Positions 52,986 to 64,000 of a stretch of 64,000 bases of DNA are shown here, piece after piece. Each line of letters starts with the position of its first letter. Position 1 is the first letter of the stretch. The DNA comes from a virus (lineage: Duplodnaviria > Caudoviricetes): IMG/VR virus record IMGVR_UViG_3300005841_000939, one strand, 5' to 3'. The translations under genes and the position numbers were made by a program. The notes below the pieces were generated by a model that searched no databases, was not told the origin of the DNA, and saw only the letters and a program-made list of their open reading frames with translations.

Positions 52986-55900
52986 TTAACTTACCGTGGT
53001 TGTTAATGTAGATGCGAATGGGTATCCACATTGATCTTGTACGAGGGTATATCCACCAGTAAATTGATTTGGAATGCAATTACATGAATTATCAACTGCA
53101 CACCAACCGCCAGTTGTCCATTGTCCAAGGGTGCAATCCCATACCCAATCAGGAGAAGTATTTGTTGGATCATCAGTATAAACTCCAGTTGGAGCACAAA
53201 ACTGACATGTTAATCCATCCGGTGGAAAAGGATCATTTTGTGATTCAGCATAAATTAATGAATATGTTACAGTTGTAGCTGTTGATGCTGTCTTTTTATA
53301 AATTTGAGTTGTAGTACAATTACAATCGCTTGAACCTGTGTCACCACCTGATGATTGAAAATTATATGTCAATGTATCTGGTCCATCTGTACATGGATCA
53401 ATTGAGCCGCCACTTGATGTTTCCGAAGAGTCTGCTGATGAATCACTTGATCCTGGAGGAGTACCAGAAGAATCATTTGTAGAAGAAATACTTGAATTTG
53501 CTGAAGAATCGTTTGATGCACTACTTGTGGATGAATTAACTGATGAATTTGATGATGAATTATTTGATGCACTACTTGTTGATGATTGTTCAGATGATCC
53601 TACTGATGAACAGCATGTCGGACCTGGACCAAATCCTGGTAAACCAGCACTTGGCTTACCTGATCCGGTTGGAACATATATTCCATTAAATGCAGTGCAA
53701 TCATCGGATAATTGCCATCCATCATTTGAATCGCACGGAACATCAGTTGACAAAGGAGCAACTGGATCTGAATCCAATTCCCAAGCTGAAGTTTCACAGT
53801 TATAAACAGCGTGGAAATACCAGAAATCACAATTTGTTGTTGATGAGTTACTACTTACAGTTTCAGAAGAATTTTGTGATGAATTACTAGATGTTTGTGA
53901 ATTAACTGAGGACGCACTTGAAACTTCTGATGATGTCATTGATGATGGGCAACATGTTGGCCCTGGACCAATATCAGGATAATAATCAATACATGGTTGA
54001 TTTGTAAAAGGGGTTCCTGCTGGAACATAAACAGTTTTTGTTGCATTACAATCGTCAGATAATTGCCATGGTGTATCAGTTCCACATTCTTGATCAGTTG
54101 AAGATGATACAACACTTACAAACCAAGAGAATGAACCATTACATCCACCAGGTTCATCGCACCAGTAAAATGCAGCTAAGGAATAAATGTCACATAATCC
54201 CGAAGCAGATGATGTTGTTTCAGATGAGTTGTTTGAAGATTCACTTGAAATAGTTGATGATGTGGCAGATGATGCCGAAGAAACAATGGATGATACACCA
54301 CTTGAAACAGATGAAGATATTTCTGATGAATTATTTGATGATTCTTCAGATGATTGTGTTGAAGAAGTTGATGAACTACTTACACATTCACAACCAACAG
54401 GTTGAAATGTTGGTGCATCTGGTGCCGCTGGATATGGGGGAATATCACCTGGATTTTGTGGATCACAGCATCCTGACAATCTTGTGTAATAACGATATGT
54501 GCAAGCATCACCAAACGCAAGCCATTGATCAAAAGTAAAAGTATTTTCTGTACAATCAGCATAAACGCCAGTTACCGAACCCCATGTACATGTGGTTTGA
54601 TTATAAACCGTTTCCCATCCATAAATAATGCGTCCAGGAGTATCACCGCCACAAGAATTATCACTTGAAATTGTTGATGATTGGTCACTACTACCTTGTT
54701 GAGAAGATTGTGTTGATTGTTGACTTGAAGTTGTTCCAGATGATTGTGTATTACTACTTCCTTGTTTAGAAGATTGTGCGGATGATTCTTGACTTGATTC
54801 TGCTGATGATTCCTCAGATGATTCAACTGACGATTCTTGACTTGATTCGGCTGATGATTCTTCGGAAGATTCACTTGATGATGAACAAACACACAAATCT
54901 GGTTTAGGTGCAGTTGGTGCAGTTGGTGTTGGGGGTGGTGGTGAACCAGCAGAAACATAAATTTGTGTATCAAGACTGCAATCGCCACTAACAATTCCCT
55001 GATGCCAATCAACATTAGATGAACATAATGTATTGTGTATGACAACAGGTACAGAATCAACATTCCAAGTATTTGTAGAACAATCATATTCTGCAAAGAA
55101 TGTATATTGATCACACAATTGTTCAGAAGATGAAGAATGAGAACCTTGTGATGATGAAGATGATGGGCAACAATCATCCAATGGTTCTAATCCTTGATCA
55201 GTAGGATTTACTGGTACAACATAATCTTGTGTTTCACAATCAACAGAAGAATTACATGTTACTGGTGCAGTTGTTGTTGTGTAAATGTGGGCAACGCATG
55301 AAGATGTTGGAACAAGTTCCCAAACATTCAATACCTGACCAATACTGCAATCATAAGGATTTATTATAGAAATTGCTGGGTCTGACCAGGCTTGTGTTGA
55401 ACAATTAAATACTGATCGCCATTGTGCAACACAAATTGGAATTCCAGGACCAGATGATGAATTTCCAGAATTATTTGAACTACCTTGACTTGAATTATTT
55501 GAATTACTTGTAGATGATTGGCTAATTGATGATTGGCTAATTGATGATTGGCTTATTGAAGATTGACTAATTGATGAATGACTAATTGAAGAATTTGATT
55601 GTGATGAGACAACCGACGAAACGCTTGAATTATTTGAAGATATGTTTGAAGATATGTTTGATGATTCTTCGGATGATATACTTGATTCTTCGGATGATTC
55701 GCTTGATGATAATTCGGAAGATGAAGATTCAAAAACTTCTGATGATGCATTGCTTGATGACGAATGATTTATACTATTTGATTCGGATGAACTTCCACAG
55801 CAAGCATCATGATCACCTTGAACAGCGACTGGTTTATTAGTTGGTGGTAAAAGGACAACAGGGCATCCACCTTCCGATCCAGTGATACTTGAGCCACTTG

Positions 55901-56771
55901 AAAATGATTCAAGTGAAGTGCCAGAAGAATCGGTATCACATAAAATACCAATTTGCCAATAATGTGCAACACATCCAGTCTTTACCCAAACACCTAATGG
56001 TTCCCCTGGACCAGTTACTGAACAAATTATTTGAACAAGAATCGGTGATGTCCAATCAGATGTATTACAATCATATGACGATGTATACAAATAATAACAA
56101 TGTTTTATTTCTTCACTTGAATTACTACTTGATGAAAAATTAGATGAAAATTGTGAACTACTAGCGATTGATAATGAAGAAGATTGACTAGGTGATTCTG
56201 AACTTGAAGTCAAACTTGAGAAAAATGATGATTCACTTGAAATCAAACTTGAAAGACTTGAAGACATTGAACTTATACTAGAAGTTGGTTCAATGTTACA
56301 GCAAAAAATAGTGTCTGGACGATAATACAAACCAAATTCTGTTTTAAATCCAACTGCAAGAGGCCAGACCTTTGGTTTAAAAATTTGTACGCCACCTGGT
56401 TCAGTTTCACTCAACCAAAGACGATCACCAATATTTCCTGGAATCTTAAAAGGATTAACATTATATTCATCAACCGTACCATCACCATTTGTTAAGAAAA
56501 ATTCTGGACCAAAAGGAAAACGATATTTAACTGGCCCAACACTCATTCTTAAATAAAAATGATCTTCATCTATAAATGACCAAACGTAACCATGAATAAA
56601 AGTTTTTTGTTTACTTGAGCCAGAAAGGCCAGGTTTATATAGATCATCCGTGTCTAAATATACAAATTGACCAACTTTAAGAGTAGATTGGCAACCAATT
56701 TGAGTTATCAACTTGGGATCAGTATGAAGATGCGAAACAGTTTTATCCCGTACAGAAACAGTCATAGCCAT
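52986..56771 (-). CDS. 1261-aa mucin-like protein: Ser-rich linkers alternating with six Cys/Trp modules
   Basis: Y.C....W......C.....W......C modules separated by SSES/SSNS tracts. Confidence 0.75.
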   Translation of the reverse strand: MAMTVSVRDKTVSHLHTDPKLITQIGCQSTLKVGQFVYLDTDDLYKPGLSGSSKQKTFIHGYVWSFIDEDHFYLRMSVGPVKYRFPFGPEFFLTNGDGTVDEYNVNPFKIPGNIGDRLWLSETEPGGVQIFKPKVWPLAVGFKTEFGLYYRPDTIFCCNIEPTSSISSMSSSLSSLISSESSFFSSLTSSSESPSQSSSLSIASSSQFSSNFSSSSNSSEEIKHCYYLYTSSYDCNTSDWTSPILVQIICSVTGPGEPLGVWVKTGCVAHYWQIGILCDTDSSGTSLESFSSGSSITGSEGGCPVVLLPPTNKPVAVQGDHDACCGSSSESNSINHSSSSNASSEVFESSSSELSSSESSEESSISSEESSNISSNISSNNSSVSSVVSSQSNSSISHSSISQSSISQSSISQSSISQSSTSNSNNSSQGSSNNSGNSSSGPGIPICVAQWRSVFNCSTQAWSDPAISIINPYDCSIGQVLNVWELVPTSSCVAHIYTTTTAPVTCNSSVDCETQDYVVPVNPTDQGLEPLDDCCPSSSSSQGSHSSSSEQLCDQYTFFAEYDCSTNTWNVDSVPVVIHNTLCSSNVDWHQGIVSGDCSLDTQIYVSAGSPPPPTPTAPTAPKPDLCVCSSSSESSEESSAESSQESSVESSEESSAESSQESSAQSSKQGSSNTQSSGTTSSQQSTQSSQQGSSDQSSTISSDNSCGGDTPGRIIYGWETVYNQTTCTWGSVTGVYADCTENTFTFDQWLAFGDACTYRYYTRLSGCCDPQNPGDIPPYPAAPDAPTFQPVGCECVSSSSTSSTQSSEESSNNSSEISSSVSSGVSSIVSSASSATSSTISSESSNNSSETTSSASGLCDIYSLAAFYWCDEPGGCNGSFSWFVSVVSSSTDQECGTDTPWQLSDDCNATKTVYVPAGTPFTNQPCIDYYPDIGPGPTCCPSSMTSSEVSSASSVNSQTSSNSSQNSSETVSSNSSTTNCDFWYFHAVYNCETSAWELDSDPVAPLSTDVPCDSNDGWQLSDDCTAFNGIYVPTGSGKPSAGLPGFGPGPTCCSSVGSSEQSSTSSASNNSSSNSSVNSSTSSASNDSSANSSISSTNDSSGTPPGSSDSSADSSETSSGGSIDPCTDGPDTLTYNFQSSGGDTGSSDCNCTTTQIYKKTASTATTVTYSLIYAESQNDPFPPDGLTCQFCAPTGVYTDDPTNTSPDWVWDCTLGQWTTGGWCAVDNSCNCIPNQFTGGYTLVQDQCGYPFASTLTTTVS
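55513..55590. repeat. 15-bp tandem repeat encoding SSISQ-type units
   Basis: gattggctaattgat-like unit, about five degenerate copies. Confidence 0.7.
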
Positions 56772-56813
56772 TATTTATATATTTCTCTTGGTTATATAAT
56801 AATATCATAAGAG

Positions 56814-56996
56814 GTGAAAATGTCAGAAATCAAGTGTCCTAACTGTAGCGGAGTATTAAATGTTAATGGAAAATCCAAAAATAGAGTAATTTGCCAAAAA
56901 TGCCTTCAAGAAACTGGAAAGACTTTTATAATGATTGAAACAAAATCTAATCAAGATATTCAAAATCTTGGCGATGGATTTTTTACTAAATCATAA
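56814..56996 (+). CDS. small Zn-ribbon protein
   Basis: CPNC...CQKC. Confidence 0.55.
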   Translation: MKMSEIKCPNCSGVLNVNGKSKNRVICQKCLQETGKTFIMIETKSNQDIQNLGDGFFTKS

Positions 56997-57005
56997 AGGT
57001 AAAAC

Positions 57006-57602
57006 ATGACAACAATTATTGGATTGGCAGGACCAGGTGGTGTTGGAAAATCAACCACATCTAAGGCTATTTCAAAACTGTTAAAAGATGATGGTTATAC
57101 TGTAACTTCATCTGCATTTGCTGAACCACTTTATGAAGTGACATCATTAATTACCGGAATTCCTGTAGAAAAACTAAAATCTCAGGATTATAAAGAAACT
57201 CCTTGGACTGATAATAATGCGCCTATTCCATGTCTTTCTGAATGGACTCCAAGAAAATTATTACAAATTATTGGAACTGAATGCTTTAGAGAAAATATTA
57301 ACTATGATTTTTGGATTCAATTAGCAATATCAAGAGTAAAAAATTATGATTTTGCAATATTTGAAGATGCTAGATTTGTCAACGAATATGAAAAATGTCA
57401 TGTTGTTTATGAATTGGCAAGACCTGGCGTTGAATATAAAATGAATCATCCTTCTGCGATGCCACCAGATAAAAAATATATAAATTCTATAATAGAACTA
57501 ACACCAAATTTAGATTTTTCACCTTGGGTGCAAGATATAATTCATTATAGAAAGTATGGTTATGGGCTGGAATGTCTTCAAGTTAATAAGAATAAAGTGT
57601 AA
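57006..57602 (+). CDS. deoxynucleoside monophosphate kinase
   Basis: IIGLAGPGGVGKST, FAEPL, TPRKLLQIIGTECFR, EDARFVNE. Confidence 0.85.
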   Translation: MTTIIGLAGPGGVGKSTTSKAISKLLKDDGYTVTSSAFAEPLYEVTSLITGIPVEKLKSQDYKETPWTDNNAPIPCLSEWTPRKLLQIIGTECFRENINYDFWIQLAISRVKNYDFAIFEDARFVNEYEKCHVVYELARPGVEYKMNHPSAMPPDKKYINSIIELTPNLDFSPWVQDIIHYRKYGYGLECLQVNKNKV

Positions 57603-57774
57603 CGACTGCAAAGAAACTATTGATGCTCCAAAAGACGGTAAAACTTGGAAGGAATGTAGTTGTGGTGGTTGTGCTGTAAAAGGTGCAGGCGTTGCTAAAC
57701 AAATTCGTGGGAAAAATTACGAGGATCTTTCAATAGAAAATTGGGAAGGTCTTGAGGGAGTTGATTCAAAATGA
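57556..57774 (+). CDS. small Cys-rich protein
   Basis: CNDC...CSCGGC; start uncertain. Confidence 0.5.
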   Translation: MVMGWNVFKLIRIKCNDCKETIDAPKDGKTWKECSCGGCAVKGAGVAKQIRGKNYEDLSIENWEGLEGVDSK

Positions 57775-58421
57775 ATTCTCTAACTCCTGCTGAAAGTAAA
57801 GAAAATATAGTTACTTTACTTTTAAATAAATCAATATTAACTGAAAAAGACTTTGCCAACTTTAATAGTTGTAAAGCTTTTATCATTGATACCTATATGA
57901 CTGTACCTATGTATAGACCTCTTGTTGTTAAAATGTTTGGTGTTCTAGGTGACCCACAATTTTCAACATTAGAATCAAAATATTGGCAATGTAAAACAGA
58001 AGCTGAAACTCATGCTAATGAATTAATTAGAGAAATGCATGATTTAGAAAAGTTGAAGATTAATATTGATAGAAGTGAATATATTCTTAACAACAAAATG
58101 AAAAGCAATGAGCCAAACGAAGAATTAAATTTTGATCGTAGAGAACTTGCTGTAAATATTTCTCTTCTCAAATTTGAATTTGCTCAACTTGAAAAGAAAA
58201 TTAAATATCGTATTGAAGAAGTGACTGAATGGAAAAAAATAAGTGATTCTTTGTCAAGCTCAAAAGAATTTAATCCACAAACATATGCTCAAATGCTTTT
58301 GGTATCCCTAGAAAATAAATGGGATAAAGATTTAGAAAATCCACTAGTTAAAGATGATGACAAAGTTGTCATTAAGCAAAAACTAGATGGATTACGTAAA
58401 GTTAAAAGCCAACCACGCTAA
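57771..58421 (+). CDS. coiled-coil hypothetical protein
   Basis: 216-aa ORF. Confidence 0.6.
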   Translation: MNSLTPAESKENIVTLLLNKSILTEKDFANFNSCKAFIIDTYMTVPMYRPLVVKMFGVLGDPQFSTLESKYWQCKTEAETHANELIREMHDLEKLKINIDRSEYILNNKMKSNEPNEELNFDRRELAVNISLLKFEFAQLEKKIKYRIEEVTEWKKISDSLSSSKEFNPQTYAQMLLVSLENKWDKDLENPLVKDDDKVVIKQKLDGLRKVKSQPR

Positions 58422-60267
58422 CACGTACTGATACCGTATCAGCCATAATCAATTTAAATGAATTTATGGAGAGCGCAACTACCTCTTGTGGAATTATCTT
58501 TCTATTAGTTGCAACATCTGTGACTGAAACAATAAAATCATTCTTATCAAATAATGAGAAATTATGATTGATAATAACTTGGAAACCAGTGTACGAAACT
58601 TCTGATGGGAATGAATATGTTACTGGTGTAAAATCACCAGTAGCAACAGTTAGAGTATATTTACTTCCAACTCCTCCACCGCCGCCAGCACCAACAGTAA
58701 CAACTTGTAATCCATTCCAATATTGAAGATTTCCATTACCCTTATTGTACCAAAATGGGACACCATAATTTAAATCATAATATTGAAAATTTGAAACATC
58801 AGCAGGATCTACTTGTCCTAAACGTAATTCATTTTTTACACCAATACCAAATGCGAAACTTTCTTTATTCCAGAAAGATTTAACAGGTTTTACTGAATTA
58901 TTCCCACCGGTTGCAGGAGAGCTAGTTGTTGGTGTTGATGTAGTAGGCGTAGAACTTGTTGATGGAGTAACAATTTGAACGTTATATATTTCATCAATAC
59001 CGGTTGCATTTAATACAACGGTTGAATCAACTTCAATCCAATCAACCAAGAGTGTTGTTCCGCCAGCACCTTCTTCAATTGGATTATATGAATCACGGAC
59101 AATGTTTGCATTGTGAATATCAACGATTGATGTATCAAATGCTTTCAAAAGCTTTGTCTTAACTCCAACAAAATAAACACTATTCCAATAACTCTTCTCA
59201 TCTAACGTTGGATTGATCAATTTCAATCTACCATTAAGGACAGTAGCTCCAACAAACGATGTTACCTTTGTAGCATCAACATTAACGTTGCCGTTTGATT
59301 GTTGTGGAAAAGCCAATTGCAAATCTTGGACAAATAAACTTGTTTCTCCGTTGTGATCCAAATAAAATAACTGAATGTCACTACTTGTTGAAAGAAGATT
59401 TGTAAAACTACCTAAATGAATATTTTTTGCAAAAACTGATGAAACTAGACGAACGCCAATATTAGATACATCTACTAAACGAACGTTCTTTTGTGTCCCG
59501 TTTACAAACGAAACACCAACATTTTCAATGTATGTTCCACTCTTATCCTTAACAAATGAATTGATTGGAGAATTTACAACGTGGATTGCTGAAACATAAT
59601 TACAATTTACAAATTCAAAATGAACATCCTTGATCAATGTTGAAATATTATTTTTAACTCCGTCTGTGTCAATTTGAATGAAATCAACATTATTTCCAAG
59701 TGTACCTGCAAAATTTGTCAAACGAATAGTTGGATTACCATATCCAATGATTTGAATCCCATTTTTCTTCAAAATTATTGGAAGCCATGTACCATCATAA
59801 ACAAATTCATGGACACCAATATCAGTAGTCAATTCTGCTGGACCTTGATCACGATGCGACCCCATCAAAACTATATTTACAGTATTGTAGCCATTGAAAG
59901 TCAATGAATCTGCATAAATTGCAGCAGATTTCAAGTTATTGTAAATTTGTCCTTCAACTACCATATCATTTGGAATAGTTGGATCAACAAAAAGAGTTTT
60001 ACCAACACTTTGCAAATATGCAGCTTGATTTAGGAATGTTAATGCTTGTTGAACAGTTGTAGCACCAACAAAAAATGTTCCAGTATTATCAAAAGGAATT
60101 TCGTTACTGTCAATTTTCTTCAACAACTCAGTTAAAGTTACGCCTGATGGATTTGGATCATCAGAAAATATCAAATTTCCTGTTGAATCCGAAGTAATAG
60201 CATTGACAATGCGCCCAACTTGGATGCGGGATGCCTTGAACGGTTCGTTTGCTGACATCTTATGCAT
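58402..60267 (-). CDS. tail fibre / tail spike-like protein
   Basis: 621 aa, beta-rich Asn/Val/Thr composition, PTTS linker; function inferred. Confidence 0.5.
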   Translation of the reverse strand: MHKMSANEPFKASRIQVGRIVNAITSDSTGNLIFSDDPNPSGVTLTELLKKIDSNEIPFDNTGTFFVGATTVQQALTFLNQAAYLQSVGKTLFVDPTIPNDMVVEGQIYNNLKSAAIYADSLTFNGYNTVNIVLMGSHRDQGPAELTTDIGVHEFVYDGTWLPIILKKNGIQIIGYGNPTIRLTNFAGTLGNNVDFIQIDTDGVKNNISTLIKDVHFEFVNCNYVSAIHVVNSPINSFVKDKSGTYIENVGVSFVNGTQKNVRLVDVSNIGVRLVSSVFAKNIHLGSFTNLLSTSSDIQLFYLDHNGETSLFVQDLQLAFPQQSNGNVNVDATKVTSFVGATVLNGRLKLINPTLDEKSYWNSVYFVGVKTKLLKAFDTSIVDIHNANIVRDSYNPIEEGAGGTTLLVDWIEVDSTVVLNATGIDEIYNVQIVTPSTSSTPTTSTPTTSSPATGGNNSVKPVKSFWNKESFAFGIGVKNELRLGQVDPADVSNFQYYDLNYGVPFWYNKGNGNLQYWNGLQVVTVGAGGGGGVGSKYTLTVATGDFTPVTYSFPSEVSYTGFQVIINHNFSLFDKNDFIVSVTDVATNRKIIPQEVVALSINSFKLIMADTVSVRVSVVGF

Positions 60268-61624
60268 CTCCTTGGAACTTTAATTTTGTGGCAATCCAGT
60301 CAACTTGGCCAACAAATTTTCTTTCAGTTCTAATTATAAACCCTTGGTTTGTTTTGTTAGTGTACCAAACATTTATATTTTTATTGTTTGATAATGTAAT
60401 GGAATAGTCACTACTACTGAATGCTGTATCAAATGTAATTGATTGCAAATCGGAATTGTTGAACGCGATGACTCCAGCTTTTCTTCCAACAATATCAGTT
60501 GGTGTTGTATCAAAAATCATTACATCAATACTTGATGAAACGATAGGCTGATCAGAAATACCATTTGGTAAACCAATTACACGACGTTCAAGAGCTTTAT
60601 AGCGAACATCAGTTGTATCTTCAGTTGGAACATATAACGCTCCACTTACATTTTCACATTTTGAACCATATACATCAAAATTTGAAGTGTCCGGATAATA
60701 TTCTTCAACATGGAATTGAATTATCAAATCATGTGTAGGTTCAGTTTCAGCCAAAGCAATTTGTTCAGTTGTTGGACATTGGCAATTTAATTTTTGAATG
60801 GCTTCAATAACTGTAATTATTTTACCGGTATATGATAAAGTAATTTGTTCTTCTGTTGGTAATGGTGTTTCATTTTGAACAGCTTTTCTATCCAACTCAA
60901 TACCATTTGTTTTATCAAAAAGTCTAAAAACAACAGCTTTATCAGACATGATTAAACGCATATTGGTTTTTGCCAATATGAATGCAACTTTATTTGAATC
61001 TACTGGAGGAATAGTTATCTTTAAATTTGGAACATCATGCCACTTCCAAGAACCGTCAGTTTCATTTTTCCAATCACCCACATAATCTTTAATATATTGA
61101 TCAATTGAAAATGTTTTAGTTCCAACTGAAAATGTTGGATATGCTGAATTTATACTTTTATCAAAAAGACGAGGTATACCATATTCAGGTGATGTATTTG
61201 TAGCAAGATTAGGATCACCATTAATATTAACAATTAAATTATTACAATCGTTATCAGTAAATCTTTTTGAACCAATCCAGAAAATTCCACCATTGGTTAA
61301 TTTGTTTTTCCAATCAATGTATGCTCCAACTATTTCTTGGAGCGAATAGGCTTTTGTAACTGATGAATCTTTAAAATATAGCTTACCATTACTAACATAT
61401 ACACCCTTAATTCTTGTATATAAATCTTCAAGAGTTAAAGTTTCAACTTTTTCTCCTGTTATATCAACTAAGTTTTGAGTGTAATTGTCTTTAAAATGCA
61501 ATTTGCCATCAGCATCCAAGAAAATAGCATTGTCAATAGATTGTACATCGGTAGCAGATGTATTTGGTATTCCAAGTGTTATACCATCCGCCAAGAATGC
61601 ATTATTTGAAGGATCTGATGCCAT
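60260..61624 (-). CDS. putative tail-associated protein
   Basis: C-terminal F...F....YSITLS.N.N..VW.TNKT..GF.I domain shared with the next gene. Confidence 0.5.
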   Translation of the reverse strand: MASDPSNNAFLADGITLGIPNTSATDVQSIDNAIFLDADGKLHFKDNYTQNLVDITGEKVETLTLEDLYTRIKGVYVSNGKLYFKDSSVTKAYSLQEIVGAYIDWKNKLTNGGIFWIGSKRFTDNDCNNLIVNINGDPNLATNTSPEYGIPRLFDKSINSAYPTFSVGTKTFSIDQYIKDYVGDWKNETDGSWKWHDVPNLKITIPPVDSNKVAFILAKTNMRLIMSDKAVVFRLFDKTNGIELDRKAVQNETPLPTEEQITLSYTGKIITVIEAIQKLNCQCPTTEQIALAETEPTHDLIIQFHVEEYYPDTSNFDVYGSKCENVSGALYVPTEDTTDVRYKALERRVIGLPNGISDQPIVSSSIDVMIFDTTPTDIVGRKAGVIAFNNSDLQSITFDTAFSSSDYSITLSNNKNINVWYTNKTNQGFIIRTERKFVGQVDWIATKLKFQGDA

Positions 61625-61657
61625 ATTTTCTATTTATCTATTTTTTATTGGTTTATC

Positions 61658-63994
61658 TTATTTGTTCCACTCATAACCATCAAATTCACCCAAACTAGAG
61701 ATGTCAGTTTCAGTAACGTTTATTACTGCTGTTGCTAAGAATGCAACTTCACCCTTCCAATCTGCTAATTCAGTGTTAATTGTAAAGCCAGCAACGGTTT
61801 TATCAGTCCACCAAACTTCAACATTATCATTTGGTGTCAAAGCAATTGAATAATTTACATCAATTTCACTTGGGAATGGTTTATCAAATATTGCAGTTGA
61901 TGTATTTGTACCATCAAAAACAACAGTACCCGTTCTTTCAACAATAATATTTGATTCAGCATCAAAAATTATTACATTAAGGTCAGAACTTGCTCCGGTT
62001 CCAGAAATTGGTACGGTCACATTTGGATTTTCTATTGTTGAGAAGAAACGACGACCAAGATAATTAGTTAAATATGTATCTTCTTCTGGAATTGTTTGAG
62101 TATCCCACACGAAAATACGTTTTGTAGTTGGTGATGCGTGAATACCTGATCCAACAAGAGTTCTACCGACATTTCTATCAACTCGGTGACCACCAACAAC
62201 GATTGCACGTAACGGAGTACCGAATGCCATTTGCCCGATATGCCATCCACCAATTTGACGCCATTGGTTTGCCAACTTCTCAATACTTTGTGGTGTATTC
62301 CAAATAGTATCGTAATTAGGAGCATCGCCACCAAGCCCAACACCGTCCATGTGACGCTTCCATGTACTTGATTTCCAATTTACTCCTGTATTTTCTGGCT
62401 TAATATCATAACCATTTGATTGAATCCATGATGCAGGGACTTTGTAACGCTTATCATCATGCCATTCTTGAACAAATGTAGTTGACCATTCAGTATATGA
62501 AACACCAGAAACTGGAATTGTTGACAAATCAATTGTTTTTGTTTCAGCAGATGTATCACAATCACTTAGACAATCAGATACATCTATAAACAATTGTCCA
62601 CTTTTGCATTCTTGTGTTGAAACAAATAATTTTCCAGTGGCAATTGAATTAATATTAACAACAAAGGTTTCGCCGAAAGTACCAAATCCAAATATCAATT
62701 CATACAATGATGGTGAAATTTGATTTATAGTTTGATATGTGAAATCTGCAGGGAAATTAAATGTTTGTGCAATGCAATTATTGACAAGACTTCCACCAAC
62801 ATTTGTATTTACTACATCATGCGGATTGCCTAAAGTTTGTGCGCCATTTAATGTTATTCCTGATGCATCAAAACAATAACCTGATGGGGAAATAACAAAT
62901 GATGAAGCTACAGCCCAAACGCAAGGATCAAAATAATGATATTGAACAAGATTTGAAATGGTATCATTTCCTTCAATTGTTTCGCCACTAATGCCGATCA
63001 ATTGGAAATTAGTTGGGAATGTTCCTTGTCCAGAGCAACATGTTGCACTAATATCAACAGTCAACAATGCAGGGATTGCATTTACAACCAAATCACCATA
63101 TGCACATTGATTTTCATCAAACGAAACATTGAATTGACGAACACATCCGCCACTTGCATTATTTTGTTGGAATTGCCATCCAACAACCTTATTTTTACTT
63201 GGTGCAATAATATCGTAAATCAGAGTTGTTTGTGAGCCGCTAGCAGATGTCACCAATGGAGAATATGAATTAAATGCAAAATGATCTGGCCATGTTGCGG
63301 ATGTAGGAGTACATGTATTTGTTACTTCCAAATCAAGTCCATATGAAACGCCTTCTGTTATCAATCCTGCAAAACATGCACCAGAAATGTTGATAACATT
63401 CAATACCTCACCGCAAGGTGAACCATCTTCAGCAGATAATGAAACATTCTGAACTGACCATCTACCAATAGGACCAACCTTGTTTATTGCAATTGCTTCG
63501 TGCTCTTGAATTTCACTCAAGCCACGAATAAGAACGCGACGATTTACAATAGCAGCAATTGAATCTGATGATACAGAAAGTGTTGCAACTTCATAATCTT
63601 CTGTCAAATGATTACCATCTGATCTTTCATCACGATGACTAAATGCCATATCAAGATCAAATGTTGCGCCACTATTGAATACAGCACTCCACAAAGGAGT
63701 ACCCCAACGCGAATCTTTTGCAGTTTTATTTTCTGCATTAATATCCAAATATGAAACAATATCTGAACCACATTTTTCAAGTGATGATGCCCACAATTCT
63801 CTAGTTGAGTCAACCTCAACCATGACTGCATTCCAATCATTCATTGATAATTCAAGGGATGCAGTTCCATACGCATACTTAGCACCAGACAAGTTTCCAC
63901 TTGTTGGTGTTTCAGTACTGACATACATCATAACATTTTGTATTGAATTAATTGGTTGGCCACTGATGATTGCAGTGTTGTACATATTATCCAA
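61658..63994 (-). CDS. putative tail-associated protein, probably 5'-truncated by the window edge
   Basis: frame is open to position 64000; same C-terminal domain as 60260-61624. Confidence 0.55.
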   Translation of the reverse strand: MDNMYNTAIISGQPINSIQNVMMYVSTETPTSGNLSGAKYAYGTASLELSMNDWNAVMVEVDSTRELWASSLEKCGSDIVSYLDINAENKTAKDSRWGTPLWSAVFNSGATFDLDMAFSHRDERSDGNHLTEDYEVATLSVSSDSIAAIVNRRVLIRGLSEIQEHEAIAINKVGPIGRWSVQNVSLSAEDGSPCGEVLNVINISGACFAGLITEGVSYGLDLEVTNTCTPTSATWPDHFAFNSYSPLVTSASGSQTTLIYDIIAPSKNKVVGWQFQQNNASGGCVRQFNVSFDENQCAYGDLVVNAIPALLTVDISATCCSGQGTFPTNFQLIGISGETIEGNDTISNLVQYHYFDPCVWAVASSFVISPSGYCFDASGITLNGAQTLGNPHDVVNTNVGGSLVNNCIAQTFNFPADFTYQTINQISPSLYELIFGFGTFGETFVVNINSIATGKLFVSTQECKSGQLFIDVSDCLSDCDTSAETKTIDLSTIPVSGVSYTEWSTTFVQEWHDDKRYKVPASWIQSNGYDIKPENTGVNWKSSTWKRHMDGVGLGGDAPNYDTIWNTPQSIEKLANQWRQIGGWHIGQMAFGTPLRAIVVGGHRVDRNVGRTLVGSGIHASPTTKRIFVWDTQTIPEEDTYLTNYLGRRFFSTIENPNVTVPISGTGASSDLNVIIFDAESNIIVERTGTVVFDGTNTSTAIFDKPFPSEIDVNYSIALTPNDNVEVWWTDKTVAGFTINTELADWKGEVAFLATAVINVTETDISSLGEFDGYEWNK

Positions 63995-64000
63995 TGAATC

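Noticed and set aside
53003-56143. Many short His/Gln/Leu- or Asp/Glu-rich ORFs in other frames of the 1261-aa gene
   Set aside because: Shadow frames of Ser-codon repeats with no RBS or independent signal.

Overview
A 64 kb, AT-rich, densely coded segment of what looks like a jumbo/huge phage genome. It carries PAAR, tail-fibre-like and lytic transglycosylase genes, candidate T4-type late promoters and mostly hypothetical proteins; no rRNA operon or CRISPR array was seen. Its centre is a translation/RNA-handling module. Protein genes: TyrRS, IF3, a CCA-adding-type nucleotidyltransferase, a Ro60/TROVE protein and a metallophosphoesterase. RNA genes: 29 tRNAs covering all 20 amino acids (3 at 11.9-12.2 kb, 26 in a ~8.9 kb minus-strand array at 32.2-41.1 kb) plus 4 aberrant tRNA-like genes. 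The spacers of the tRNA arrays hold unannotated structured RNAs: (i) ten copies of a Y RNA-like family with a covarying terminal stem, six of them with a circularly permuted tRNA module as in YrlA; (ii) a ~345-nt RNA reproducing the 23S rRNA GTPase-associated centre (H42-H44) around a large insert; (iii) a ~420-nt ornate ncRNA; (iv) several tandem or multi-hairpin motifs. The large array is headed by a leader-peptide attenuator. One HD-type gene inside the array is interrupted by two in-frame UAG codons. The right end encodes two glycosyltransferase-like genes next to a 1261-aa Ser-rich/Cys-module protein and tail-fibre-like genes. All calls are by eye; no database search or folding program was run.
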